Shown: positions 23,742 to 35,536, counted from the stretch's first letter. The stretch: DNA of 64,000 nucleotides from an uncultured Gemmatimonadales bacterium (GCA_963793305.1 CAWBZV010000005.1:576001-640000), one strand, 5' to 3'. Made by a program: numbers and translations. Notes: a model not told the origin generated them from the letters alone.

Positions 23742-24308
23742 CTATTTTAGGAGCTCGGGCGGGATCGGGCTGCCCGGTCGCTCGTCATCCCAGGACGCCG
23801 CGGTGATCCACCACCGGGTGCCATCCCAATACAGGTCGAGACTGTTGACGCCGCGCGCGAGGAGCGGACCCTTGGGGTCTTGGCGCGTCTCGTAGGTGCT
23901 CATGACGTGCGCGATGTTTCCGACTCGGTAGCTCACGCGGTGGATCTCGTGCTCGTCAAACCCACCTTTCACGAGTGACGCGTCCGTTGCGTCGACGTAC
24001 TCCTGGTGACTCAGCACCTTGACCGTCGGTGTGCCGTCTGCCTTCACGTTCGTCGAAAAGAACCGCAAGCCCGGCCAGTACAGGGTCCGATCGCGGCCCC
24101 ATTGGCGCGGCTGACCCGGAGGGCCGGTGATGACGTTGTAATAGGCCTTGATCACTCCGTTGATCGTCGACACGTCTTCAGCGCGCGCGGCGATCGTGGG
24201 TACCAGAACGTGAGCCTGTGAAGCTGTCTCTTGTGACATGGCCAGTCGGGGGATGAACGCCAGCGTGCCAATGAGGCGGACCAACAGCGACGCGACACGA
24301 GTGGTCAC
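23742..24308 (-). CDS. Secreted NTF2/SnoaL-like hypothetical protein
   Basis: AGGAGG RBS, signal peptide, YNVITGP...GNIAHVMSTYE...RGVNS...RWWI. Confidence 0.75.
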   Translation of the reverse strand: MTTRVASLLVRLIGTLAFIPRLAMSQETASQAHVLVPTIAARAEDVSTINGVIKAYYNVITGPPGQPRQWGRDRTLYWPGLRFFSTNVKADGTPTVKVLSHQEYVDATDASLVKGGFDEHEIHRVSYRVGNIAHVMSTYETRQDPKGPLLARGVNSLDLYWDGTRWWITAASWDDERPGSPIPPELLK

Positions 24309-24475
24309 AATCGACCTCCTGAGTATACCGTGTCCGGGCGCAAGGGCCGACGACCCTCCAGCGTCTTGGTCACGGTCTCGTGCGGCCAAGCACCCCCAGG
24401 GATGTCTGGCGATCACGCGCACGGGGGCCCTCAGCGACTGGAGCACGGTCAATCATAACCCGTGCGCCTTGGGGC

Positions 24476-24493
24476 GGATTGAACGGATCAAAC
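24476..24493 (-). promoter_or_regulatory. 18-bp regulon motif GTTTGATCCGTTCAATCC
   Basis: TATGAT 18 bp downstream. Confidence 0.6.
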
Positions 24494-24518
24494 CTTCTCG
24501 TGATGCCGACGGTGGGCC

Positions 24519-25826
24519 CTAGCGCGCCGGGTGAATAGTATCGAAGAACACGAGGGCGTCGAACGCGCTCCCCGGCGGCGCGACGACATACCCGTCCTCC
24601 GCCCGCATGGCGTGAGGCGCGGCCAGCCAGCGAGCCACCGGGCCGGTAGCCGGTGCGCCCGCGATGTCCAACTGATACGTCGAGTATTGAAAGGGACGGA
24701 GGCTACATAACGTGCCATCGACACTCAAGGGATCAGCCGGACGTATAGCCTTGTCGGCACGGAGACGAAAGGCGGTGCCAATCGGAACGTAAGCGCTGCC
24801 CAGGTCGTGTTGGAGATACTGCCCCAGGCTGGCGACGGCGGTGGGGCGCGAGTTGAGCAGTTGACCGTCAATGAGCGCGCGGGACACGTGGAGGTTGTGG
24901 GCCCAGATCACGACCACTCCGCGCGCGCCTTCGCGAGAGAGCACCCATTCGACATTTGCAGTCATGGCTTGATCGCGGGGATTGCTCGGTGCGTTCCAGC
25001 CGACGTGTAGCGCCGTTTCGGTCTGGAGGGCAAGGCGTGTCAGTCGCAGTGCCCAGTCGTATGCGTCCGGTGACGATCGTGCGCGGTACACGGCGCCTTG
25101 TGATTGCATGCGGTCGACCAGGGTTTGCAACTGCGTCCGCAGTGCATCCTGCCTCTTACCGAGCGACACGTAGAGCGGTAGTGTGCCGGGGCCGTCGCTG
25201 TCCAACGCGCGCGCGATCGGCTCGAGCCCTGCGCGCGAGCGATCCGCGAAGGCTGGATCGACTCCTTGAAGAAAGTGCCACACGGACTCGAGCGCAGGAC
25301 GCAGGCTGCCGCCGCCATCTGCGGGCATGTCCATTCCGTAGAAATGGACGCGATGGGCAGCATCGTCGCCGCGGTTGTACGCATGCCGCCAGCGGAGCGC
25401 ACCAATCGTCTCGGTATCACGCCACCAGTCGTAACTCAGTGCACGCGAGAAATCGGGGGCGGTATCCGTCTCGCCGGACACCCAGGCGTCGATCGCCCGA
25501 GCTTCGACGAGTCCGGTTTCCATCACGACTGCCGCTACTGGTCGTCGCGCCAGCAGTTGAGCGGTAACTTGGCGATGCCATTGCAGGAACTCGTGCATGT
25601 CGTGAACGCTCTCGCCGAGTGCCACGATGCGAGCGTGACGGGTCAGTTGAACGAGCGTCGAATCCGGTGCGGGCAGCGGTCGGGCATGTGATCTCGACCA
25701 CTGGACAAAGGCGGCGCGGCCGGCTGTGTCTTGCGTCGGTTGGGCAAGACAGCGACCGGCGACGGTGGAAACGAGAAAGAGCGCGAGAGAAAAGGCGGTA
25801 CGACGCCCGCGAACCGGCCTCGTCAT
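24519..25826 (-). CDS. Erythromycin esterase-family (EreA/EreB-like) secreted hydrolase
   Basis: IVALGESVH, FYGMD, RDQAM, IWAHNLHV, FDALVF. Confidence 0.85.
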   Translation of the reverse strand: MTRPVRGRRTAFSLALFLVSTVAGRCLAQPTQDTAGRAAFVQWSRSHARPLPAPDSTLVQLTRHARIVALGESVHDMHEFLQWHRQVTAQLLARRPVAAVVMETGLVEARAIDAWVSGETDTAPDFSRALSYDWWRDTETIGALRWRHAYNRGDDAAHRVHFYGMDMPADGGGSLRPALESVWHFLQGVDPAFADRSRAGLEPIARALDSDGPGTLPLYVSLGKRQDALRTQLQTLVDRMQSQGAVYRARSSPDAYDWALRLTRLALQTETALHVGWNAPSNPRDQAMTANVEWVLSREGARGVVVIWAHNLHVSRALIDGQLLNSRPTAVASLGQYLQHDLGSAYVPIGTAFRLRADKAIRPADPLSVDGTLCSLRPFQYSTYQLDIAGAPATGPVARWLAAPHAMRAEDGYVVAPPGSAFDALVFFDTIHPAR

Positions 25827-25909
25827 TCTCCACTGGAGGCTGAACGCTGCGAGGAATCGCACCTCGGCATGGTTGTGGCCGCGTCAAAGTATCCGACTGT
25901 CGCGAGGCC

Positions 25910-25927
25910 TTCTTGAGGGAAACCAAC
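25910..25927 (-). promoter_or_regulatory. 18-bp regulon motif variant GTTGGTTTCCCTCAAGAA
   Basis: TACTTT 18 bp downstream. Confidence 0.55.
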
Positions 25928-26043
25928 ATCGGCGCGAAGTCCGTGTCGTCGTTGCGCCCGGTTGTGCTCTCTAATATGCTCCTGAGGGAAGTAACTAGGG
26001 GGAAGGCCGCCCCACGACTCGATGCGCTCGGCAACCGGGATCT

Positions 26044-26367
26044 ATGCCACTGCTCAAGGGAACGCTCAATCCGTTGGTCTTGAAGGCGCTGTGCTTGGGC
26101 CCGATGCACGCGTTCGAGATCGCGACCTGGCTCGCGGATCGGTCGAGTGGTGAGTTCATGATCGAGGAGCCGGCGTTGCTCCAAGCGCTGCATCGTCTGG
26201 AGGAGCGGCGGCTGATCGTGGCGGAATGGGGCGTGACCGCCAACAATCGACGCGCGCGGTACTATCGCGTGACCGCGGCGGGCCGAGCGCAGCTGCGCGC
26301 GGAGACGGAGTCGCTCAAAGGGTCGGTGGCGGCACTCACCGCTGTTCTCGAGTCGAGGACGGCCTGA
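26044..26367 (+). CDS. PadR-family regulator (ADOP-associated type)
   Basis: LLKGTL...ALHRLE...EWGVTANNRRARYY. Confidence 0.9.
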   Translation: MPLLKGTLNPLVLKALCLGPMHAFEIATWLADRSSGEFMIEEPALLQALHRLEERRLIVAEWGVTANNRRARYYRVTAAGRAQLRAETESLKGSVAALTAVLESRTA

Positions 26368-26381
26368 CGCAGGGTCCTGAC

Positions 26382-29070
26382 ATGACAGCACACCGCGTTC
26401 GCGCCGGCGTGGCCCGGCTCTTCCAGCTTGCTTTGCGGCGTCCTGATCGGGCGGCGACCGAGGCCGATGCGGAGCTCGATGCGGTGCTCGAAGCCAAGGC
26501 GGAATATTTCATCGCGCGGGGGATGTCTCCCGAGGCGGCCCGCGCGGAGGCGACGCGCGCTCTGGGGATTCCGCTGGACGCTGCCCGGGCGCTCGTGCAC
26601 CGGTCGGCCCGACACCGGGAGCAGCGGCTGCGCATACGCGAGCGACTAGGCGAGGCCGTCGCCACCTGTCGGTACGCGGTGCGGACGTTGCGCCGGAGCC
26701 CGGTATTCGCTGTGGCGACGATCGCGACGCTGGCGCTGGCGATCGGCGCGACGACCGCGATCTATACGGCCGTCAACGCCGTGATCCTGCGGCCGCTTCC
26801 GTACACGCAGCCCGATCGCCTGGTGACCATCGGCGAGGACAACGCCGACTTCAACTGGCAGCTCGCCGATGCCGCGCCCGCCAACTTCCTCGACTGGCAC
26901 GATCGCGTGTCGGCATTTCGTGGGGTCGCGGCGTTTTCGCCGTTTGTCGGGAACGCCACGCTGACCGGATTTGGCAACCCGCGAGTGCTCAAGGCAACGC
27001 AGGCCAGCGGCAACTTGTTCACCGTGCTCGGCGTGCGCGCGGCAATGGGTCGCACATTCGAGGATGCGGAGACCTGGCAGCGGAGTGGTCGGCCGGTCGC
27101 GCTGTTGAGTGATCACGTGTGGCGAGAGGTCTTCGGGGGCAAGCCCGTCGTCGGGCAGACCATCCGACTCGATGGCCAGGCCGTCGACATCGTCGGCGTT
27201 CTGCCGGCGAGTTTCTCTATCCCCGGCCTTAGTGCCGACATCTGGGCGCCGTTCGGATGGGATCCCGCCAACCGTCAGCAGACGTGGTTTCGGCGGGCCC
27301 ATTTCGTACGCGTGTTGGCGCGCCTCGCTCCGGGCCTGACGATGGGGAGCGCGGACGCTGCGCTGCACGTCGTCGTCCGCGCGCTCCAGACCGAGTATCC
27401 GGCGACCAACGCGCACATGGGCGCAAGCCTGGCGCCCCTGCATGATTACCTGATCGGACCTGCGGAGCGCCCGCTGAGCGTTGCGTTCGCGGCCGCCGCG
27501 GCGCTCCTGCTCATTGCGTGCGCGAACGTGGGCAACCTGCTGCTGGTGCGCGCGGCGGCGCGGTCCCGTGAAGCGGCGTTGCGCCGCGCGCTCGGTGCCG
27601 GCCGGTCGCGGCTCGTGGTGCAGGCGTTGACGGAGAGCCTCATGCTTGCGCTCTTGGGCGGCACGGGTGGGATCGCGCTCGGCTGGTTGGGCACGGCGGC
27701 GCTGGCGGCATTGATGCCGCACAACATGCTGCCGGTGAACGATCTGGCCGTTGACTGGAGCGTGCTGCGGTTCGTCGGCGCCGTCACGTTGGTGTGTGGC
27801 ATCGCGTTCGGCATCGGGCCCGCGCTCTGGATGGCGCGGGGTGGAGCTGCCGACGCGCTCAAGGACGAAGCGCGCGGGTCGAGCGCATCCGCGCGGTCGC
27901 GGCGGTGGGGCGATACGCTGCTCGTGAGTCAGGTGGCGATCGCGCTCGCGCTCACGCTCGGTGCGGGGCTGCTGGTCAAGAGTTACGAGTTGCTGCAGCG
28001 GGTCAAGCCGGGGTTCGACCCGAGCGGGGTTCTGGCCGTCACGGTCGACGTGACATTCGACAGCGCGGCGAAGACTTTACGGTTCTATGACGATCTGTTG
28101 GCCCGTGCGCGTGGGCTGCCGGGGGTCGAGTCGGTGGCGCTCGTCTCCACGCTGCCGCTCACCGGTCCACCGTGGTCGAGCGAGTTCGCGGTGGCGGGCC
28201 GCCCACCTCTGCCGCGCGGGGGCAATGTGGTGCATCGGGAGGTGAGCCCCGATTACCAACGCGTGATGCGCGTGCCTCTCATACGCGGCCGCTTGTTCGC
28301 GGACGCCGATCGGTCGGACGCGCCGTTGGTCGTGCTGATCAACGAGACGCTGGCGAAGACGTACTTCCAGGGCGAGGATCCGATCGGCCTGCGGGTGGCG
28401 TTCGATCGCGTGCCGGATTCGAACGTCGCACTGGCGCACGATCATCGGCGTCGTGGGCGACGAGCGCCAGACGTCGATGAGCGAGGCGCCGCGATCCGAG
28501 TTCCTTGCTCCGGCAGCGCAGGATGGTGGGGAGAACCTGTCGCTCCTGCTGCGGACGCGCGGTGATCCTCACGCGCTCGTCGGGAGTGTTCGGCAGATCG
28601 TTGGAGCCCTCAGCCCGGACTTGGGCATCGCGTCGGTCCAGACAATGGCGGATGTGCGCGCGGCGGCGTTGGCGCGCGACCGGTTTCTGACCGTGCTGTT
28701 CCTGTTGTTCGCGGCCGTGGGGGTGGTGCTCGGCGTGGTCGGCATCTACGGGGTGGTGGCGCAGCTGGCGCGCCGGCGCATGCGCGAGCTCGGGATCCGC
28801 GTCGCGTTGGGCGCGCGGCGGTGGCAGGTGCAGTGGCTGGTGGTGCGGCGCGGGCTCGCGTTGTCGGCGATCGGGATCGCGATCGGGGTTGTCGGCGCGG
28901 TCGCGGTCACCGGTGTGATGCGGTCGCTCCTCTACGGGGTGACGCCGGAGGACCCACTGACGTTCGCGATCGTTCCGGCGCTGGTGCTCGTGACCGCCGC
29001 GCTGGCGTCGTGGGTGCCGGCGCTGCGGGCGAGCCGATCTGACGCGGCGGAGGTGTTGCGGGCGGAGTAG
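26382..29070 (+). CDS. ADOP-family duplicated ABC permease (MacB/FtsX-like); frameshift at ~28423
   Basis: LAIGATTAI, LLLIACANVGNLLL, QALTES, RELGIRVALGA; ORFs 26226+ and 28453+ join by removing one A. Confidence 0.9.
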
Positions 29071-29132
29071 GCTGCAGTCGCCTGGGGGCAGTCATTGCCC
29101 GGCCGCGAGGGTGCGCGGTTCATGTGCCACGT

Positions 29133-29150
29133 GTTGTGTTCGTGCAAGAC
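29133..29150 (+). promoter_or_regulatory. 18-bp regulon motif GTTGTGTTCGTGCAAGAC
   Basis: 17/18 identical to the copy at 17364; CAATGT 18 bp downstream, then GTG 29181. Confidence 0.7.
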
Positions 29151-29180
29151 CCGTCTGGCGCGGGACGCCAATGTCGGCGG

Positions 29181-30584
29181 GTGTTCGGACCCAAACTCGC
29201 GAGGTCGTCCCTCGTCGCCCTACTCGCGATCGCTCCGCTGCGCGGCCAAATGCCCTCCCTGTCATTCGACGATCTGGCGCGCGCGCCGGGCGTCGATCCG
29301 GCACAAGTGCAGTGGCTGCGCTCGCATCTCACCGCGGCGGAACGGGACACCGTCGTACATCTCGTCGAGGCGCTCTCACGGCCCGAAGCCGTTCAGCTGC
29401 TGCCGGCATTCTTCTATTTGGATGGCACCGCGGAATCGCCGTTCGGTACCCCGCGGGTCTTTCTCGACAGCGTGGTGCAGCGGCCGCCGACCGGTGGCGC
29501 GGGCGTCGTCCGGGCCGTGTACCTGGCCGCGCGCATGCGCGACACCGTCCTCCGCGACGCGCGGCGCGCGGGATTCTACGCGATCGACTGGTTGGGACGG
29601 CCCTATGCCCCCGCGCATGCGACCATGCCGCCCACATCGGACGGCACGACCATCGACCTCGCGTTCGACTTCGTGCCCGCCGACACGCTCCTGGCGATTC
29701 TCGGCACGCCGAATGTGACGGCGCGCGAGGCCGAGCGACGGATCAGCACACCGGTGTTCGACGCACTCATCGAACACCGGAGCCAGAGCTTCTATCCCGT
29801 GCCGCTGTCGCGCGAGCAGCTGGCCCTCGTGCTGGCCCACGCCGCGAGTCCCGATCCGCTCGACCAGTTGTACATGTGGGCGCAGCCGAGGGGGTTCTAC
29901 GACTACGCCAACGTCGGTCGGCATCGCGCCGCGTACCGCGCGCTCGTCGATACGTTGCGGGCGCACCAGGCGGACATCGTTGGTCGCGTCGCGGTCGCGA
30001 TAGCTCCGTACCTCCCCAGTCACACCCGCCTGGTGCGCCACCTCTCGTTTTACTTCGCGGACGGCGCCAATGGCTGGGCGACGAGCCATGTGGCGGCCAT
30101 CGATCTGGAGTGGTTCAAGGACGACTACGAGCGTCTGGTGAACCTGACGACGCACGAGACGTTCCACGCCGCGCAGACGGCCGCTCGCGGAGCGCAAGCG
30201 CCCGAGGAGCCATCGCCGAACCCGGTGCTCGCGCAGGCGATGGACGTGATCTTCCTTGAAGGCACGGCCACTTTCATCGCGCCCCCGTCACCGCGCACGG
30301 CAGAGCAACGCGCGGCAGCCATCCACGAGGGGGCGCGACTGCTCGACGCGATCGCCCACGAGACCAATGCGACCGTCGCCCAGACCGCGCTCGATCGCGG
30401 CACCGCGTCGGCGGGTCCCTTCTATTGGCTCGGCGCCGCCATGTCCCAGGTTATTGTCGACGCACTCGGCCCGCGCGCGCTCGCCACGACGCTGCGCACC
30501 GGGGCGAATGGATTCTTCGCGACCTACCGCGCCGCGCTCACGAAGCGACCCGCCACGGCCGACGTGCTGGCCTTGATCCCATGA
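29181..30584 (+). CDS. Putative secreted Zn-dependent protease (DUF5700-like)
   Basis: HETFH...LEGTATF...FYWLGAAM. Confidence 0.7.
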   Translation: MFGPKLARSSLVALLAIAPLRGQMPSLSFDDLARAPGVDPAQVQWLRSHLTAAERDTVVHLVEALSRPEAVQLLPAFFYLDGTAESPFGTPRVFLDSVVQRPPTGGAGVVRAVYLAARMRDTVLRDARRAGFYAIDWLGRPYAPAHATMPPTSDGTTIDLAFDFVPADTLLAILGTPNVTAREAERRISTPVFDALIEHRSQSFYPVPLSREQLALVLAHAASPDPLDQLYMWAQPRGFYDYANVGRHRAAYRALVDTLRAHQADIVGRVAVAIAPYLPSHTRLVRHLSFYFADGANGWATSHVAAIDLEWFKDDYERLVNLTTHETFHAAQTAARGAQAPEEPSPNPVLAQAMDVIFLEGTATFIAPPSPRTAEQRAAAIHEGARLLDAIAHETNATVAQTALDRGTASAGPFYWLGAAMSQVIVDALGPRALATTLRTGANGFFATYRAALTKRPATADVLALIP

Positions 30585-31858
30585 GACCGCTCATGATTCG
30601 CCTCTGGCTCGCGATATCACTCGCGGGCGTGACCTCACCCGCGTGTGCCCAACACGCCGATTCGACGTATCGACAGCACCTGGCGGCCGCGCGGGCGAGC
30701 GACCCGGCGACGGCACAGGCGCATTTACTTCGCGCCCTCGAGCTCATACACGGTCATCCGGATGTCGTGTACTTTCTGGCGCGCAACGCCGTCCAACGGG
30801 GCGAGCCCGGTACGGCCATCGCCTATTTGCGCACGATCGCCGCGATGGGCCTGGCCTACCCCATCGATCGCGACACGACATTCGCATCCCTTGGCGGTCG
30901 CGAGGATTTTCGCGCGGTGCGCGCGGCGATGATGGCCAACCACACGCCGATCGGTCACTCGACGACCGTGGCGACGGCGTCGGATCCCGATCTGCTGGTC
31001 GAGGATGTCGCCTATGATCCGTCGACGCGCACGTTCTACGCGACCAGCGTGCACACGCAGCGGATCGTTGCGTTCTCTTCATCGGGCGCGACCGCGACGT
31101 TCGCGGCGTCCGACGATGATACGCTGCTGACGCCGGTCGCGATCGTGGTCGACCGCCGCCGCCGCACGCTGTGGGCGACGACGGCGTCCATGCGGCAGGC
31201 CGAGCATTGGAGCGCCGCCGATTCGGGGCGGAGCGGCGTCCTGCGATACGACCTGGGCACGCATCGGCTCATCGGTCGGTCCATGCTGCCGTCCGATGGG
31301 GCGGCGCACGAACTGGGTGATATGACGCTCGACGCATCCGGGAATCCTATCGTCTCGGATGGCACGGGTGGTGGCGTGTATATCCTGGATCGGCGCAGTG
31401 GCGCGCTCACGGTGCTGGTCCCGCCTGGTACATTCCGCTCGCCGCAAACGCCGGCCGTCGCGCCTGACGGTCGCATTCTCGTCGCGGACTATGCGATGGG
31501 GCTTGCCTCCGTGGATCCTACGACCCACGCGGTGTCGTGGATCGCGCACGCCGACACCGTCGCCATGAATGGGATCGATGGCATGTACCTCGTTGGCGAC
31601 ACGTTGTACGCGATTCAGAATGGGACCACTCCCGAGCGCGTGACGCGCTTCGTGCTGGACGCGGGGCTGCGTCGTGTCATCGACTGGTCCGTGGTCGAGC
31701 GCGCGACTCCCGGGCTCGGGGAGCCCACGCACGGTGTCGTGGTCGGCAACGACTTTTACTTCATCGCCAACAGCGGCTGGGATCGATTCGGCGACAATGG
31801 GCACGTGACGAGGCCGGGTGGCACACCGGCACGGCTCGTTCGCGTCGGTGGATCGTGA
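30581..31858 (+). CDS. Secreted TPR plus SMP-30/gluconolactonase-like beta-propeller protein
   Basis: ATGA overlap with the upstream stop; EDVAYD, FRSPQ, GIDGM, AIQNG, EPT. Confidence 0.75.
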   Translation: MRPLMIRLWLAISLAGVTSPACAQHADSTYRQHLAAARASDPATAQAHLLRALELIHGHPDVVYFLARNAVQRGEPGTAIAYLRTIAAMGLAYPIDRDTTFASLGGREDFRAVRAAMMANHTPIGHSTTVATASDPDLLVEDVAYDPSTRTFYATSVHTQRIVAFSSSGATATFAASDDDTLLTPVAIVVDRRRRTLWATTASMRQAEHWSAADSGRSGVLRYDLGTHRLIGRSMLPSDGAAHELGDMTLDASGNPIVSDGTGGGVYILDRRSGALTVLVPPGTFRSPQTPAVAPDGRILVADYAMGLASVDPTTHAVSWIAHADTVAMNGIDGMYLVGDTLYAIQNGTTPERVTRFVLDAGLRRVIDWSVVERATPGLGEPTHGVVVGNDFYFIANSGWDRFGDNGHVTRPGGTPARLVRVGGS

Positions 31859-31920
31859 ACCGACGGCAGCGCTTATCGGCGGTGCCTCGGGGTCGGCGAC
31901 GGCGACCCGTGAGACAGGTC

Positions 31921-33578
31921 CTACGTACCGCAGTCCACGAACTGCGGCGTGGGCTGCGGCGGCCCGGTGCGCGGATAATATGATATTTCCCGTCCGGATC
32001 CGTCGTCGAGACGCAGTCGAACCGGGAAGCGCGCATCACCGCCGTGCCAACTCCAACTCTTGAGGGGCATTCCGTCGGCAACACCGGCCGCTGCCGCGGG
32101 GCCGCCCACGCGCACGCCGCGAACGACGTGGTCGCGGGTCGAGGCTGACGCATCGAACCCAAAGTCGAAGGTGTACAGTGACTGGAGCTCGACGCGGGCG
32201 CAGCCGGCGATCGCGCCCGCGATCATGGGAACCATCTCGCCACGCACGATGAACGAATCGATGGCCGCGGCGAGGGCCGGACGGGACAGAGGCAAAGCGG
32301 CGGCGACGATTGCGGAGTCGGTGACCTGTCCGCCGCGGCGCGATGCGCGGTATAACGCGTGCATGAGATCATCGACGGCGCGTTGCCCGAGATGGAGGGC
32401 CAGCGCATAGCCTTGATAGTATGGATATCGATTGGCGTTCGCGTCGACCCAATATCGCCGCTCGATCTCCGTCAGCGAGCTGCCGTGCAGGGGCGAGAGG
32501 TAGTACGCGCGGAGCCCCGCGTTCACGCGATCGATGTAGCCGCTGTCGGTCAACAGGCCGGCGGCGCGTGCCATGCGGTCCGCGTAGTACTCGGTGAAGC
32601 CTTCGGAGAACCACTTATAGTGTTCCTCGGGCGGGGCGGTCGCGATCGTGTGGCCGTTCCATTCGTGGAAGATTTCGTGCGAGAGGTTGAGGGCGATGGT
32701 AGGCACTGCGAACGCGGTGTCGGCAAATGATACGAATCCGTTCGTGAACGCGGTGCCACCGACCAACCCTCGCGAAAAGAGCGGTACGAGCACAACGGAG
32801 TACAACCGGAGGCCGTGTCGCCCCAGAACGCGCGCTCGGTCGACCAGATGCTCGCGACGGTCCGAATGAAGACGGAGTCGCTGAAGTGAAAGTGTCCACC
32901 TATTCGAACGTCGAGTCCGGGGTTGCGGTCGTTAGACGGCGCTCCTCGGAAACGACCGGCGGCAAACGAAGCGTTGCGCAGTTGATCGATGGTCGTCGTC
33001 GCGTATTGCTCGAGGCCGCCGCCATAGCTCGTCACGACGCTCCAATCGGCGGGGAGATTGCGCCACGAGACGTGCACGGAGACGCGGGTACTGTCCGGTA
33101 GGTCCGGCACCAGTAAGCCGTTTTGCGCGTTGAAGACAGCGAAGTCGCTGTCGACGACGGCTCGGTGATAGAGTGGATAGCGAAGGGCGCCCGTCCAGTC
33201 CTGGTGTAGCCGAAAGCTCACGGTGGTCGCGGACGGTAGGCGATACGCGGAGTCGGTCTCGGGCATGACGACGCCCCTCCCGATCGCGTTCACATTGGTG
33301 ATGGACTTGAACAGGCTGTCCTGCCCGGCCCACCGCGCGGGCCGGCGCACGCGGATGGTCGCATCGTCGACCCCATGCAGCGTGAGGGCGATGTCGAGGC
33401 ACGCCGCACCGGCGGAATCGTAGGCGAACGAGAGGGCGTAGCTCAGGTCAAACAGCGGCGTCGCTGCGGGGTTTCGGCGCACGTGCGGTGTACACGCCAA
33501 CGCGCCGAACGCGAGCAAGGCCGCGAAACGCGCGGCGTCGGTGGTCACGATCGGTCTCGCGGAGCCGCGACGCTTCAC
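31921..33578 (-). CDS. M61/M1-type zinc aminopeptidase-like lipoprotein with a PDZ-like C-terminus; frameshift at ~32810
   Basis: HEIFHEWNG...WFSEGFTEYY, PYYQG, GPAAAAG; lipobox ALAC. Confidence 0.8.
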
Positions 33579-33648
33579 GGCGTTGTCACCATGCGCTACC
33601 TGTTCTCGGACGCAGCAGGTATCAAGAGTCACGTGGCTTCGAGCACGC

Positions 33649-33666
33649 GTCTAGAACGAATGCAAC
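33649..33666 (-). promoter_or_regulatory. 18-bp regulon motif GTTGCATTCGTTCTAGAC
   Basis: GACTCT 18 bp downstream. Confidence 0.7.
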
Positions 33667-33718
33667 ATCCAAGTCGTTTGGGCTGGCGTGCCGCGTCGAG
33701 TCCACTACTTTCGCTCAC

Positions 33719-35536
33719 ATGCGCAACGTCCCGGTCGTACGCGGAATTGCCATCGCCGTCGTCTGGACCAGCACGGCGATCGCGCAGAGCGCCGATGATG
33801 GGTGGGGTGGTGTCTGCTGGAGCGCACGAACTGGGGGTGCGATCCGCTCTGTGCCCGCGGTGACCAATGATGCCGTGTATGTCGGGAGCGCCGACGGATA
33901 TTTCTACAAGCTCGATCGGCGCAGCGGGTCAATCCGGTGGCGATTTGCGGCGGGGAGTCCCGTCGATGGGGCGCCGGACGTGGGCGCGCAACTGGTGTAT
34001 GTCACCGCGCGCAACGGGCGGGTGTATGCTGTCGAGAAGGAGAGTGGGCGCTTGCGTTGGTCGCATCAGGCTGGAGCCGCAGTCATGCTGGGACCGTATC
34101 AGCGCGGGTACGATCTGTTCGTCGCGGGGCCCCGAACCGCCGACTCATCGGTCATCGTCGGTGGCCCGGACGGCGTGGTGTGGGCATTCGATGCCGTGAG
34201 CGGGCGTGCGCGCTGGCATGTCGCGCTCGGCACGTCGATCTGGGCCACGCCTGCCGTCGATGGCGGGACTCTGTATATCGCAGCGAACGACGGCCGGTTG
34301 TATGCGCTCGAGCGCCGCACTGGCGCGCGGCGGTGGCGCTTCGACACCGAAGGCGCGGGGCTCGATCTGGCCAAGGAAGGATTCGATCGGCGGTCCATCC
34401 AGTCGTCTCCGGTCATTGGTGAGGGGATGGTGCTCTTCGGGTCGCGCGACGGACACCTGTATGCGGTCGACGCCAAGAGCGGCCAACAGCGGTGGCGTGC
34501 CGCATACGCCCCTTCGTGGATCGTGTCCTCACCGACCGTTGATGGCGATACGGTGTACGTGACGACATCCGATGCTCAGCTCGTTGCCGCGCTGGACGCT
34601 CGTAGTGGTCGGGAGATCTGGCGCCGACGTTTGGGTGGGAGACTTTTTCCCGCGGCGGCGATTTCAGGTACGGCGTTGTACGTGGGCACGAACGAGGGGC
34701 AGTTCGTCGCACTCGATCGGGCAACCGGTGCCGTACGCTGGCGGTATCTGGTCGGCGATCCGCTGCACGCCACGCCCGTCGCGCGTGATGGCATTGTGTA
34801 TTTGGGGTCCGATGGTGGTCGCATCGAAGCCATCTCACTGAGTGCGGGATCGTTTCCGGTGAGAGCGGTGTTCTGGGATCCAATGTACGAGCGCTTGGGG
34901 CCGGTTCGTGGCGGCAGTGCGCTGCGCGAATATTTGGCGGAAAATGGGTTCGAGCTTTTGGACTCCGCCGCGCTCGGATCATTTCTCCGCGCGCGGATCG
35001 ACGATCGCCGGCCGAGCGCGATCGTGTTTGCGCAGGATGTTCTGCCGAATGCCGATACTGCTGCGTTTCACGAGTATCTGGCAGCGCAGGGGAAAGTGGT
35101 CTGGTTCGGAAATCCACCACTGGCGTTGGGACGAGATTCCACCGGTGGGATTCCGCGCGACTCCTCGGGGTATCCGGACGATATTTCACTGGCCCGAACC
35201 GACCGTCTCCTCGGCAACATCTACAAGCTGGGCCGATTCGACGGGACCAACTGGTGGGCGACGCCGACGCCGACTGGTCGCGCCTGGGGGCTGGATGATG
35301 GTCGTATCATCTCGGGATCCGTTGGCATTGCCGGTGTCAGCGAAGTGCTGGCGGTAACGGAGACTGGCTTCGCAGGGGCCTGGGTCAAGTCGTATGGCGG
35401 GCCGCGGGGCTCGGGCTTTGTTATGCTCGGGGGCGGCGGCGTGCCGCGCGCGGATGGCATTCCGCTCGAGCAGCTGGCGAGCATTCGACGGGTAGCGGAC
35501 TACGGATTGATTCGACGCGCCGGCGGTTGTCACTAG
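33719..35536 (+). CDS. Secreted PQQ-like (BamB-type) beta-propeller repeat protein
   Basis: Repeated VYVGS-DG-LYA-D---G--RW units. Confidence 0.85.
   Translation: MRNVPVVRGIAIAVVWTSTAIAQSADDGWGGVCWSARTGGAIRSVPAVTNDAVYVGSADGYFYKLDRRSGSIRWRFAAGSPVDGAPDVGAQLVYVTARNGRVYAVEKESGRLRWSHQAGAAVMLGPYQRGYDLFVAGPRTADSSVIVGGPDGVVWAFDAVSGRARWHVALGTSIWATPAVDGGTLYIAANDGRLYALERRTGARRWRFDTEGAGLDLAKEGFDRRSIQSSPVIGEGMVLFGSRDGHLYAVDAKSGQQRWRAAYAPSWIVSSPTVDGDTVYVTTSDAQLVAALDARSGREIWRRRLGGRLFPAAAISGTALYVGTNEGQFVALDRATGAVRWRYLVGDPLHATPVARDGIVYLGSDGGRIEAISLSAGSFPVRAVFWDPMYERLGPVRGGSALREYLAENGFELLDSAALGSFLRARIDDRRPSAIVFAQDVLPNADTAAFHEYLAAQGKVVWFGNPPLALGRDSTGGIPRDSSGYPDDISLARTDRLLGNIYKLGRFDGTNWWATPTPTGRAWGLDDGRIISGSVGIAGVSEVLAVTETGFAGAWVKSYGGPRGSGFVMLGGGGVPRADGIPLEQLASIRRVADYGLIRRAGGCH

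Noticed and set aside
24519..25826. Macrolide resistance gene
   Set aside because: Family-level match only; secreted and chromosomal, and many homologues lack that activity
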